DNA of 64,000 nucleotides from Methanobrevibacter sp. (GTDB lineage Archaea > Methanobacteriota > Methanobacteria > Methanobacteriales > Methanobacteriaceae), in assembly GCF_030539555.1 (NCBI RefSeq), contig NZ_JAUNXX010000005.1:283-64282 (forward strand), given 5' to 3'. The notes below the pieces were generated by a model. The model made no database searches. It saw nothing but the letters and a program-made list of their open reading frames with translations, and was not told the origin of the DNA. How positions within the stretch are numbered: position 1 is the first letter of the stretch; every line of letters starts with the position of its first letter. Positions 20,601 through 29,051 of the stretch are shown piece by piece. The position numbers were made by a program, and so were the translations under genes.

Positions 20601-23600
20601 GTAATATGTTTCACCTTCTTCCGCATCAAATATGTATTTGAATGCGCCGTCTTCATCTGTCACAACTACTGCACTGGTTATAAATTCACCATTATGGTCA
20701 TACATTTCGACAGTGATGTTCTGGCCTGCCTCACAGTCGCTTTTGCGAGGTTTGGAATTGGATACAGTAATACCGTTTGCATCCCAATAGGTTACATTGC
20801 TGCATGCGCTGCCTATATAATCACTTTCTGCCCATATGGCATTTAATATGTTATCATATCCGACAAATACTGCGCTAGTGTAGTTTTTACCATCCTCATC
20901 AACACCAACTGTCTTCATTATAAACTTATTGGAATTTGCCTGATTGTCAAGAAGAACAGTATTTGTTAAAGCAAAGAATGCGCCAGTGTAAATTGCTGAT
21001 CCCTGGAAAGCAGTGTTGTTGATTAATTCACTGTTTTTAATTTCACTTGAACCACTGGTTGCAGTACGGTAGATTGCACCACCTTTTTCCTCAGCGGTGT
21101 TGAATTCAAGAGTGGAATCATATACCTTGATTTGATTGGTGTTCATGAACACGGCTCCACCACGTTTGGCACTATTGTGATCTAAAATACTTCTGTACAG
21201 TAAAACATCATTTCCTGTGCCGTATATAGCTCCACCGTCCTTATTGGCCACATTGCCTGTAAAGTTAGTGTCATATATACGGGCTGTTTCACCTGCAAAG
21301 TAAATACCCCCACCGAAATCAGCATTGTTCTCTTCGAAATAAGAATTGTAAACATATGCATTATTATTAACTTTCTTCCAATAGACCGCTCCACCATATG
21401 ATTCTCCATCATCAGTGGTAGCGCAGGAACCGATAACAGTAACATTATCCATAGTGTTACCGTTATAATAAATGGCACCACCATAAATGTTTCCACTTTC
21501 AGTTGAAGCCAAAGCGTTCTTAATAGTGACATTCTTTAAATCACCAATGCTTGTTGAATAGATAGCTCCTCCGCTAGCATCGTTAGTTGAATTGGTAACG
21601 TTGGTCTGAGAATATTCAATAGATATGTTGCTGACTTTTGGAGAACCTCCGGACCAGTAAATTGCACCGCCCCGACCATTTGCAAGAGTATTTGAAATGG
21701 TTGCATTTATTAAGGTACCAGCCTTACCCTTCCAGTAAATAGCACCTCCACAAGCATTCATATTTACGGATAATGCCGAAGAGTCATCTATTTCAACATT
21801 AGTTAAACTATTAGATTCCCCATAAACATAAATGGCTCCACCATTACTTTCTTTTGTACAAGTTTCATTATTATTGTTTGAAGATGATTCAAATATTTTA
21901 ATTAAATCCAAATTGCAGTAGAATGCATTCAAATAGATGGCACCACCATTAGCAGATTTATCTGAACCATATGCTACAGCATCGTTCAGTGTGGTGGATG
22001 AGGAATTAACTATTGTGACATTATACATAGTACCGTAAGACCCTTTCCAGTATATGGCACCACCGTATCCGTCAAGCACCTTGGCATTTTGGATGGTGAC
22101 ATTGATTAAAGAATTATGTTCACTTTTTGAATCGATTGCAATAGCTCCACCCCAGGTTTTGTTTGCTGTGGAATTGATAATGGCACAATTTGAAATTGTA
22201 ATGTTATTATCCCCTTCACCTAAACGGATTGCAGCTCCACCTACACCAAAACGGGTATTTCCTGCATAATTCTGGTCAATGAATGAATTATAGATGTAAC
22301 AATGGTCAATCACTGAATTATCCGCATTACCTTCTTTCATCAAGAGTGTTCCACCACTTGCTTTTGCTTTATTTCCGTCAAAGGTATTATTATAAATCCA
22401 TGAGTCGCTCATCTGGTTTGCAATAGCACCGCCGTGTTTTCCTGCACTGTTGTTGTAAAATTGGTTATTTGACATCATCAAATGATGACCATGACCATTT
22501 TGGTCACCAATATAAAGAGCGCCACCATCACTGTTTGCAGTATTGTTGACGAATAGACAGTTATTGATTGTACTGTCCCTTGCATAATACCAGTCAATAG
22601 CGCCACCGTGGTGTCCGTATGCAGTGTTGTTTATGAAAATGGAATTTAAAATCAAACCGCCCGGAGGAATATTGTCCATATCATCACCAGAAGTCCAGAA
22701 AATTGCACCTCCACCCTGACCAGTACCATGACATCCATTATTGGTGAAAGTAGATCCTAAAATGGTATCGTCACCGTGGCCTCCTTTCCAGTTAATGGCA
22801 CCACCGTATCTTACTGCATCATTGTGGTCAAACCAGCAGGAGTATACTGATGCATTTGAACCACCAATATCCAAAGCACCCCCGTCAGTATATGTTGCAT
22901 TGTTGTTTGTGAAATTGGAGTTGGAGATAATGGTGTCATTTCCGAAAACTTTAATTGCCCCGGCAGAACCGGCAGAGTTATTGTTCAAATTACAATATAA
23001 AATTTGAGTATTTATTCCATTGATGTTGATTGCTCCTGCGGAATCAGCGTTACATGAAGTGAAATTGGAATATGCTACTGTGGTTTTTATATCGTCAATA
23101 TAAATTGCACCACCGGAATGAGTTCCTTTAGCAACACACTTGTCAAATGAAGAACGTAAAATATTTGTATTTTCACCATCAACATAAATAGCTCCTCCAT
23201 TATCATTAGCATAGATATTGTCAAAGCTGGATCCTTCGACTGTAGCATTATGTCCGGAAATAGCTATAGCTCCACCAAAGGAACTGGATGAACTATTTTC
23301 AAATGTGGAAGAATCAATAATGGTTCTTTCACCTTCAATGTAAATTACACCTCCCCGTTTAGCAAAACTGCTGTTGAATTTGGAAGTGTCGATGAATGTT
23401 CTGTCCCCTTTAATATAAATTGTTCCACCATATGCTGAATCATAAACCTTGTTGTTATTAAAGTCTGAAGTTGAGATATGAGTATCCGGACCTTCTATAT
23501 AAATAGCTCCACCACCATAGCTTGTGGATGATCCTTCGGCCAGACAATCGGTAAAATTACTTTCCGCTATGTTTGTACCTCCACCTGCAACATAGATGGC

Positions 23601-26165
23601 ACCACCACTATAAGTGGCTGAACATTCTACAATACTTGCGTTTTTAATTGAAGCACCCCATGAATAAAGATAAATTGCACCACCGTAATTAGCATAGCTT
23701 GAATTAAATGCGGAATCCTCAATTTTTGCATAATTACCAAAAGCATAGATGGCTCCACCATCAACGGCATTAGAATCGTCAAATACAGATCCTTTAATAA
23801 GAGTATTTTCCCCTCTAATATAAATAGCTCCGCCGCAATCCTTTGATTTGAATCCTGTGAAATTAGAGTTTAAAACAGTGGTGTAAGTACCATCCACATA
23901 AATAGCTCCACCATCATAAGGAGTATTGCGATTATTGAAAGTTGAAGTGTGTTTGAAGTCTGAATTGTTAATCAATGCATTGGAACCGCTTATATGGATA
24001 ACTCCCCCATTATAAGCATAACAATCATCGAAATTACATCCTAAAATATTTGCATCATTACCACTGACTCCAATTGCGCCTCCGTGAGCAAAGTTATTGT
24101 TAGCTTTGCTTCTTGTGAAATTTGAAAGTGAAATTGTAGTATTTGCCCCATTAACGAATATTGAACCTCCATCATATAATGTAGCAGTACAGTTATCGAA
24201 TACGTTTTTTGTAATATTTGCATTAGCTCCCCAAACGGTTATTGCTCCACCATAGTTAACTGAAGTACCATAAGCAAAGTCAGAGTTTGAAACTGTAGCT
24301 CCTTCCCCTTGGACATATATTGCACCACCTGAGCCTCCTAACACACCGTCACTACTGTAACCTGATGCAGTATTATGTCTGAATAATGAATCGTCAACAG
24401 TTGTATCATCACCTGCGATGAATATTGCTCCGCCGATATATGCTTGAGTCTTATCGATGGAACAGTTTAGAATCCTAGTACTATTACCGATAATGTATAT
24501 TGCACCTCCATTATTGACTGCAGTACAATCGTAAAATTCTGTTTCGTTTATGATTATGTTGTTTCCTGTAATGAATAATGCTCCACCATCGACTTTGGAT
24601 GAATCCTTGCCTGAATCGATATATGCTTTGCTTGAATTGAAAGTTGATTTGGATAGTGTTACATTATCCCCAATAAGTGATATGGAACCTCCACGAGTGC
24701 TGGAAGTGTTGACACCATCAGGTTTTGTTTTACTTATACCTTTATTGTTAATGCAGGTGATGTTGTAGATAACACCATTGCTACCTTCCCAGAATATAGC
24801 TCCACCGTCATCATCTGCAGTGTTGTCGCCAAAAGTAGAATCGGCCAGTTTACATTCATCACCTTCAACATACAGCGCACCACCGTCCAATCCGTTGTTA
24901 TCCTCAAAGGTACAGTTTAAGATTTTAGTGCTGTTTCCTATGACATATAGGGCACCACCATTGTTTGTGGCATTACAATCGCTGAATAAAGTATCCTCAA
25001 TGGTCACATTATTTCCTGTAACGAACAATGCCCCGCCGTCAACTTTGGATGAATCCTTATCGGCATCCATATATGCTGAGCTTGATACGAATCTGGATTT
25101 GGATACTGTAACATTGGCTCCTGTAAGACAGATTGTACCCCCACGTGTGCTTGAGGTATCTGTTTCGTTTTTGTCCAGACTTATTCCTTTGTTGTTGATA
25201 CAAGTAATGTTATATATTATACCGTTGCTTCCTTCCCAGTATAGTGCACCACCGTCGTCACCTGCGACATTATCCTCAAAGATTAAATCTTTTACGTGAA
25301 CATTGTCCGCAGCGATGTAGCATGCACCCCCATCACCGGAAACATAGAAGTTTTTGAAGGTAGAATTTTCTATTGTAGAAAATTTCTTATTGCTGTTCAT
25401 CAACTCGAGGGCACCTCCTGAAGATGCCTGCCCATTTTCAAAAGTTGTCTGAGTGATGTGAAGTACACCATCCATGAATATTGATCCCGCATATTCTGTT
25501 GCATTGTTTCCAACAAAGTTGGATGATGAAATATTCAATGTGGAACCTTTGACATATATTGCACCACCATTTTTTGCAGTGTTGTCTGTGAAAGTGGAGT
25601 CCATGATTAATGAATTTGAGGTTAGACTGTCGCCGTTTATGAATATTGCCCCACCTCCATTTTCTGCATGGTTATTGGAAAATGTACAATTAATAAGTTC
25701 TATGCTGGAACCTGATTCTACTTTAATCGCACCGCCATCACTAGCATTACCATTGATAAAGTTAAGATTTTTCAATATTACATGGGAATTGCCTTTGATT
25801 TCAAATATTGAGGATTTATTTGAAGCGTCCAAGGTATGTTCGTTCCCATCCACTGTGATGCTTTTGCTGATTTGAACTCCTGCTGTTCCTGAATCAGTAT
25901 CTGCATACGTATAATTAGTTGTCAAGTTAATTACGTCCCCCTGCGAGATTGTAGGATCGTTAATAACTTCATCCAATTGTGCAAATGTATCTGGAGAGTC
26001 CGTCAGAATCTCCTCTTGCGTGTCTGTTGCTTGTAAATTGTCCTGATTATCATCAACACCAACTAAAGTCGCATTGTCTGCGATATCAGTAGCCGAAGAA
26101 GAGGATAATACACTGAAGAACATTAAAAACAAGCAAGAAAAAATAATTATCTTTTTAACATTCAT
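14646..26165 (-). CDS. Giant adhesin-like surface protein, 3,839 aa. Layout: signal peptide, about 1,700 aa of Pmp/PbH1 beta-helix repeats, Ig-like region, 12 DUF11 repeats, C-terminal Ig-like domains, then a C-terminal TM helix with a basic tail.
   Basis: Complete ORF in the track. N-terminus is MNVKKIIIFSCLFLMFFSVLSSSSA. Dozens of GGAIY/GGALY...F.N/D.N coils are present. There are twelve xxI(T/V)KxVNVT...NNGP(C/S)xAT units. The C-terminus is ...TGNPVWMLLVICMAIGSIPLRRFKK. Confidence 0.95.
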   Translation of the reverse strand: MNVKKIIIFSCLFLMFFSVLSSSSATDIADNATLVGVDDNQDNLQATDTQEEILTDSPDTFAQLDEVINDPTISQGDVINLTTNYTYADTDSGTAGVQISKSITVDGNEHTLDASNKSSIFEIKGNSHVILKNLNFINGNASDGGAIKVESGSSIELINCTFSNNHAENGGGAIFINGDSLTSNSLIMDSTFTDNTAKNGGAIYVKGSTLNISSSNFVGNNATEYAGSIFMDGVLHITQTTFENGQASSGGALELMNSNKKFSTIENSTFKNFYVSGDGGACYIAADNVHVKDLIFEDNVAGDDGGALYWEGSNGIIYNITCINNKGISLDKNETDTSSTRGGTICLTGANVTVSKSRFVSSSAYMDADKDSSKVDGGALFVTGNNVTIEDTLFSDCNATNNGGALYVIGNSTKILNCTFEDNNGLDGGALYVEGDECKLADSTFGDNTADDDGGAIFWEGSNGVIYNITCINNKGISKTKPDGVNTSSTRGGSISLIGDNVTLSKSTFNSSKAYIDSGKDSSKVDGGALFITGNNIIINETEFYDCTAVNNGGAIYIIGNSTRILNCSIDKTQAYIGGAIFIAGDDTTVDDSLFRHNTASGYSSDGVLGGSGGAIYVQGEGATVSNSDFAYGTSVNYGGAITVWGANANITKNVFDNCTATLYDGGSIFVNGANTTISLSNFTRSKANNNFAHGGAIGVSGNDANILGCNFDDCYAYNGGVIHISGSNALINNSDFKHTSTFNNRNTPYDGGAIYVDGTYTTVLNSNFTGFKSKDCGGAIYIRGENTLIKGSVFDDSNAVDGGAIYAFGNYAKIEDSAFNSSYANYGGAIYLYSWGASIKNASIVECSATYSGGAIYVAGGGTNIAESNFTDCLAEGSSTSYGGGAIYIEGPDTHISTSDFNNNKVYDSAYGGTIYIKGDRTFIDTSKFNSSFAKRGGVIYIEGERTIIDSSTFENSSSSSFGGAIAISGHNATVEGSSFDNIYANDNGGAIYVDGENTNILRSSFDKCVAKGTHSGGAIYIDDIKTTVAYSNFTSCNADSAGAININGINTQILYCNLNNNSAGSAGAIKVFGNDTIISNSNFTNNNATYTDGGALDIGGSNASVYSCWFDHNDAVRYGGAINWKGGHGDDTILGSTFTNNGCHGTGQGGGAIFWTSGDDMDNIPPGGLILNSIFINNTAYGHHGGAIDWYYARDSTINNCLFVNNTANSDGGALYIGDQNGHGHHLMMSNNQFYNNSAGKHGGAIANQMSDSWIYNNTFDGNKAKASGGTLLMKEGNADNSVIDHCYIYNSFIDQNYAGNTRFGVGGAAIRLGEGDNNITISNCAIINSTANKTWGGAIAIDSKSEHNSLINVTIQNAKVLDGYGGAIYWKGSYGTMYNVTIVNSSSTTLNDAVAYGSDKSANGGAIYLNAFYCNLDLIKIFESSSNNNNETCTKESNGGAIYVYGESNSLTNVEIDDSSALSVNMNACGGAIYWKGKAGTLINATISNTLANGRGGAIYWSGGSPKVSNISIEYSQTNVTNSTNDASGGAIYSTSIGDLKNVTIKNALASTESGNIYGGAIYYNGNTMDNVTVIGSCATTDDGESYGGAVYWKKVNNNAYVYNSYFEENNADFGGGIYFAGETARIYDTNFTGNVANKDGGAIYGTGNDVLLYRSILDHNSAKRGGAVFMNTNQIKVYDSTLEFNTAEEKGGAIYRTATSGSSEIKNSELINNTAFQGSAIYTGAFFALTNTVLLDNQANSNKFIMKTVGVDEDGKNYTSAVFVGYDNILNAIWAESDYIGSACSNVTYWDANGITVSNSKPRKSDCEAGQNITVEMYDHNGEFITSAVVVTDEDGAFKYIFDAEEGETYYFAYIHESDRYYTYLRDTLSNSSIVRIWVNDFYYGNSTSVIITLTDGAWGALSGNVTVTFNDTNHTNFTVEVINGTYSQNYTFNLPIGLYNASANYPGNLTRLAANNSDIFRVIPYDDLAITKTVNVTEDYVNVSEIIKYTITVVNNGPSAASGVNVTEILSPYLKLIKNETDVGDYSGTVWHIGYLDVNKPVNMTITAQIIHRGPITNTVWVESDGFDTNSSNDIDSARNFTALPIVDLRIVKEINATTDTINVTNIIKYTITVFNDGPSNATGIVVGEVLDYRLRMISFNESVGTYADGTWNIPRLNNGTNATLTIIAEVIYSGNITNVVNVTSYENDTNMSNNYYNITNLAIAYVDLQINKTVNVTGFVNVTDKIKFTIQVYNAGPANATGVYVSEILSPHLHMTYSNVTIGEYDGATWVIGNLNKGIVHNLTIIAEVISAGNISNAVNITGQDNDTNMSNNNDSIENITALPIVDLVITKDVNVSGFVNVTDKIKFTITVHNNGPCDATDVNVTEELSPHLKLISATTNNHGNYLQKQGYWYIGDLANQSTAILTLVCEVSSNGTIGNVVVVTSYENDTNKSNNNDSIENITALPVVDLVITKDVNVSGFVNVTDKIKFTITVHNNGPCDASDVNVSEVISPHLNVTSVETNGYGYYIQDKGYWYIGDLANQSTAVLTLYCQVISVGNIGNVVSVTSYENDTNKSNNNDSIENITALPIVDVSITKTVNVTSKTLNLTDRIEFTITIHNSGPCNATGVYVSEILDPALKLINYTATKGTYDKSSWGNISTLNVGDTEILIIIAEVQYSGIIENEVIVYSIENDTNITNNHDNISAINVTTDVDLEISKTVNVTTGYVNVTDLIEFTIIVHNKSPNPASGVYVSEILDSHLKLDSYNATKGTYADATWNIGYMDGGETVNLTIVARVISNGTIANAVVVYVWDNDTDPSNNNASIDNITALPIVDLQISKVVDVQGRYVNVSDIIQFTIDVFNNGPCDATNVTVSEVLSPHLKMITCLNSTGYYNVTEGIWHVGYLPNQSGAQLIIQARVISAGNISNVVVVSSNENDTNKSNNKDNITNITALPIVDLEVHKTSNVTYSGVVYVNNKIEYTITVRNNGPCDATLVNVTEILGNNIKLICNLTDYGNYTDGVWYIGNLTNQSTATLTIVAKVVGSGTVYNRVDATSYENDTNIYNNWADVSISALPVVDVSIVKTVNVTSPVYVSDEIEFTITVHNDGPCDATGVYVNETLNSNLKLVSNSTSVGGYDGSVWYIGDLANQSTVTLTIVAKVVSNGTITNVVVVVSNENDTNNSNNNDSIPEIEALPIVDVSVVKTVNVTGPVNVLDEIEFTITVHNDGPCDATGVYVNETLNSNLKLVSNSTSVGGYDGSVWYIGDLANQSTVTLTIVAKVVSNGTITNVVVVVPNENDTNKSNNNDSIPEIEALPIVDVCVNKTVNVTHANLGDNICYTITVHNYGPSDATDVNVTEKLSNYVSFVKANATQGSYDAIENIWHIGKLSNGSTQTLTLIVKIVKSETIENTVVVTSKENDTNLTNNNYTCENVTIGKINTPIDLYTYNITYGDDEILIITLPTNATGTVNVTVGNRNYPDVPINNGIVELPVYDLGGGDYTVDVTYGGDEKYLPNSTSGIFNVAPVTPIITIEVEDIWVGEVEVLNVTVNAPGTVFVTVNGRTVEIPLENGVVTTGLLAANTKISYKGNATWNIWGLPVGPYPAFALYPGNENYTSVNTTDLFHVRDKPSTVVVTAKDIYVGQKAVIHITVGPKGATGNVTVTLEGKTYNLKVVDGKATLVVSGLKAGTKYVEVVYNGNVLYRPSENSTTFKVLKLKPPVDIDAPEITVGEDGIIKVSVPEDATGEITIEVAGRRYTQPINDGVAIFVVPGLKVGVHDIKAFYSGDDKYLPADNAGSIKVNPTDDNKNDTPKVINKRPGSILLSDYPTGNPVWMLLVICMAIGSIPLRRFKK
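15900..20260 (-). repeat. Twelve tandem DUF11-type repeats (about 120-127 aa each) of the 3,839-aa ALP.
   Basis: Repeat starts read in the protein: LAITKTVNVT, LRIVKEINAT, LQINKTVNVT, LVITKDVNVS (x2), VSITKTVNVT, LEISKTVNVT, LQISKVVDVQ, LEVHKTSNVT, VSIVKTVNVT, VSVVKTVNVT, VCVNKTVNVT. Confidence 0.9.
16262..16981 (-). repeat. Near-identical 2 x 360-bp tandem duplication (two adjacent DUF11 units).
   Basis: 16273-16559 versus 16633-16919 (offset exactly 360) differ at only 2 positions by eye (16299 c/a, 16322 g/a). The protein units are identical except S/P and N/K. Confidence 0.9.
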
Positions 26166-26216
26166 AAATATACCTCATTCATTATTCTTTTAATATATTA
26201 ATTATTAATTAAGGAA

Positions 26217-26230
26217 GTATATATGTTTTC
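26217..26230 (-). promoter_or_regulatory. TATA-like element upstream of the 3,839-aa ALP gene.
   Basis: GTATATATGTTTTC lies 52 nt upstream of the ATG at 26165 and is paralogous to 14279-14292. Confidence 0.35.
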
Positions 26231-26628
26231 TTTTTACAATATAATAAGAAAAAAGTTAAAAAATATTCATACTTGTGAAAGAAATAATATATTAATGTTC
26301 AATCATAATTATTCATAAAATATTTTTTAAAAGAAATAACAATTAAATAAATAAACATTATTCATTCTAAAATAGAAAAATGAAGACATATGCATTAGAA
26401 TTGGCTAAAAATATTGAATATAAACAATTTAAGTTAAAATAACATTGAACATACTAACATTAAATTTAAATAGAATAAAAACATGTCCCAAGAAATAATA
26501 AATAACGATGAAATAAATCAAAAAGAAAGTCAATATTCTAAACAGAAAAAATATCGAATATAAAATTATGAAAGGTTAAATCAATTTAACAAAAGGAAAT
26601 AAAAGAAAAAAAGAAGTGAAAAGTAATT

Positions 26629-27210
26629 TTATTTAATTACTTTACTTTTGATGATTTCCACTCTTTTAAGAGGGTAGATTTTTTTAGCGTTGTGGTAAAT
26701 TTCAGATGCCAATTTACCGTTGACAACTATTTTAATCAATTCATCAAATGATTTTTCAGCTGCAGTCTCTTTGAGTAAATCTTCAATTACGCTTCTCATG
26801 TATTTTTGTTGGGAAGATTTAGCTCTTCTGATGGTTACTGCAAGAACTTGGAGTTTTAATTTACGTCCATCTTTAGTTTTAACTACTGCGGAAGCGTCGA
26901 TTCTGGAAGTTCCTCTTCTAATCATGCTTCTTACGTAATCAGTAGTGGTTTTGTGACCGGTGAATTTGGTGTTTGCAACATCACCTGCAACATTATCAAT
27001 TTCAAATCTGAGTTTGATGTACTGTTTTGAGAAATCTCCAGTTAATTCTCTCATGGTAACTTCAACTCCTCTACCGATGAGAAGTTCAGGATCTTTTGCA
27101 GGAGTTTCTCCAATTTCTTTATCTTCGAAGTTTACTGGTGTTTTAATAGTATACCAGGATTTTTCTTTCCATGTATCACGTACTCTACGTCTTTGTTTTG
27201 CCTTTGCCAT
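26629..27210 (-). CDS. rps3ae: 30S ribosomal protein S3Ae (eS1).
   Basis: MAKAKQRRRVRDTWKEKSWYTIKTPVNFEDKEIGETPAKDPELLIGRGVEVTMRELTGDFSKQYIKLRFEI is the characteristic archaeal eS1 N-terminus. The length (193 aa) is typical. Confidence 0.9.
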   Translation of the reverse strand: MAKAKQRRRVRDTWKEKSWYTIKTPVNFEDKEIGETPAKDPELLIGRGVEVTMRELTGDFSKQYIKLRFEIDNVAGDVANTKFTGHKTTTDYVRSMIRRGTSRIDASAVVKTKDGRKLKLQVLAVTIRRAKSSQQKYMRSVIEDLLKETAAEKSFDELIKIVVNGKLASEIYHNAKKIYPLKRVEIIKSKVIK

Positions 27211-27662
27211 TATATCAACCGTTTTTTTAATAAATAATATATATAATAAATATAGCGTTTGCCATTAAAATTTTTAAAAATAGTCTAAAAATACAGTATT
27301 TAATAATTACAATACTAAATATACTGCAATCACGATTATAATAAATTATCAGTTTATAATCAGTTATTTGACTATTGTGAGATATTCTCACGTTATTTAA
27401 AGAAAATATTTGTAATTAAGTTTTAATTTCTAAAACCCGCCCATAAAGGTTATCTATAATTATTTTATTCATGGTATATAAAGATTATCGAAAATGCTAT
27501 TTTTTTAAATAAAAATTTGAATTTTGAAAAATATATTTCAAAATCCAATCCTACAATCAAAATTAAAGAAGTGCTTAAAAACCTTCATTTGCATAAAACA
27601 AGGATTCTGAAGCATTGTTTAAAAATGCTACAATAGATTTTAATTTTGTATACAATATACAA

Positions 27663-29051
27663 TTACCTATTAAAAAGTGCAATTGGGACATACTTCTTGT
27701 ATAAATCAGAGGCATTAACATCCATAGTGTTCACAAAATCCTTGCTGGTCTTTTTATTATTCATGGAAAGCATCATGTGTGTATTAATATAACCCCTCTG
27801 ACTGATTAACTTCAACAGTCTTTGGCCATATGTGAGCTCAGGATTGGAAACGCGATCATGCATTAGCTTCAATGTGTCAAATCCGTCAATGCCCAACACT
27901 TCACACATCCCATACATCTCATTAATGATGTCAGATGCCCACTCCTTAAGGGTTACTTCCTCACCATCCCGAAGAAGCCTCATAGATTCATCATAAGCCC
28001 TTTCAGCAGTCAGTTCTTCATTGATTTTAGCTTCTTTCTGCCAGTCCCCATAATCGGACTCCTGTTTGATGGCCATGTAGATTAAAAAATAATGCAAGAA
28101 CTCCATATCATGCCTAACAAGACCGCACTTATAGAACGGATTGATATCAAGGGTTCTTATCTCCACATATTTAATTCCATCATCCCTAAGGGATTTCAAT
28201 ACGTCTGAAGGTTCATTTGGTTTTAACCTAATCTGCGTATACAACTCTTTAGCTTCGGACAAATCCCCATCATCAATAAAAGATTGAACATCACGAGTGA
28301 ATTCATCCACAGTATTGTAGCTTGGATATAAGCTCTTTAGATTCTTATACCCGCAGGAAGCGTTCCTAAATGATGGTCCTTTTGTGCTGTAATAGCTTCC
28401 ATATACATCACGCGCATCCATCAGATAGATGCAATCCTGTGAGAATGTTCCGTGAGATCCAATTGAACATCCAGTCAAATAAATGATTAGCCAGCAGTAT
28501 CTCAGGTAATTACGAGCTATTTTTAAATAGATATCATCTTTAAAATGTTTATAGCTTAATTTAGAGTCCGTGATTTTGTATAACTTCTCTATAGTGTCTT
28601 CTGAAAATGAAAAATTGAAATGAACTCCTGAAATCATCTGTTTTTTAACACCATACTTTTTAGCCAATTCTATACGGTATTTTTCTGATTTTTCGCCTTC
28701 TTTGCCATATTTGGCTATAGGAATCTGGTCATAATACGGCAGGATGCACGGTATTGACTGAAACCAGAGGTATTCATCATCGGGAAGAGATGCATTTACC
28801 AAATCAGCCAAAAGAGAAAATACATCAAAGGCTTCGTCAATTGAATCGAATGTAGGCGTTATAATTTCAATCTGGCTTTCTGAAAAGTCTGTTGTAATTA
28901 GAGGATTTTTTAGTTTATCCCCAAATATCTCAGGATGAGGCGTTAATGATAATTTACCGTCAGAATGAGCTCTGAGACTTTCCCATTCTATTCCAAAAGA
29001 TCCTTTTAGTATGTCTTCAGTCGATAATTTGCTAAAATTTGACAAATCCAT
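27663..29051 (-). CDS. gshA: Glutamate--cysteine ligase-like enzyme (GshA / GshF N-domain type), 462 aa.
   Basis: FGIEWESLRAHSDGKLSLTPHPEIFGDKLKNPLITTDFSESQIEIITP matches the hallmark GshA motif (G.E.E.LRV..dG.l...HP..lG..l....ITTDFsE..lE.ITP). Its start abuts the stop of the upstream gene (29051/29052). Confidence 0.7.
   Translation of the reverse strand: MDLSNFSKLSTEDILKGSFGIEWESLRAHSDGKLSLTPHPEIFGDKLKNPLITTDFSESQIEIITPTFDSIDEAFDVFSLLADLVNASLPDDEYLWFQSIPCILPYYDQIPIAKYGKEGEKSEKYRIELAKKYGVKKQMISGVHFNFSFSEDTIEKLYKITDSKLSYKHFKDDIYLKIARNYLRYCWLIIYLTGCSIGSHGTFSQDCIYLMDARDVYGSYYSTKGPSFRNASCGYKNLKSLYPSYNTVDEFTRDVQSFIDDGDLSEAKELYTQIRLKPNEPSDVLKSLRDDGIKYVEIRTLDINPFYKCGLVRHDMEFLHYFLIYMAIKQESDYGDWQKEAKINEELTAERAYDESMRLLRDGEEVTLKEWASDIINEMYGMCEVLGIDGFDTLKLMHDRVSNPELTYGQRLLKLISQRGYINTHMMLSMNNKKTSKDFVNTMDVNASDLYKKYVPIALFNR

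Noticed and set aside
24778-25299. Long plus-strand ORFs inside the ALP genes (for example 24778-25299 at 173 aa and 25474-25875 at 133 aa, plus many of 60-110 aa across 125-26000 and 49.8-62.7 kb).
   Set aside because: They are antisense to the giant repeat genes. Their recurrent APP/PPS patterns are simply the reverse complement of the GGA/GGT (Gly-Gly) codons. They have no SD and no independent signal.
27211-27662. The 452-bp AT-rich spacer with a small hairpin GTGAGA-TAT-TCTCAC (about 27377-27391); looked for a tRNA or ncRNA.
   Set aside because: There is no cloverleaf-compatible sequence or conserved RNA box. The hairpin is short and isolated. The region most likely holds only the rps3ae promoter and a terminator.
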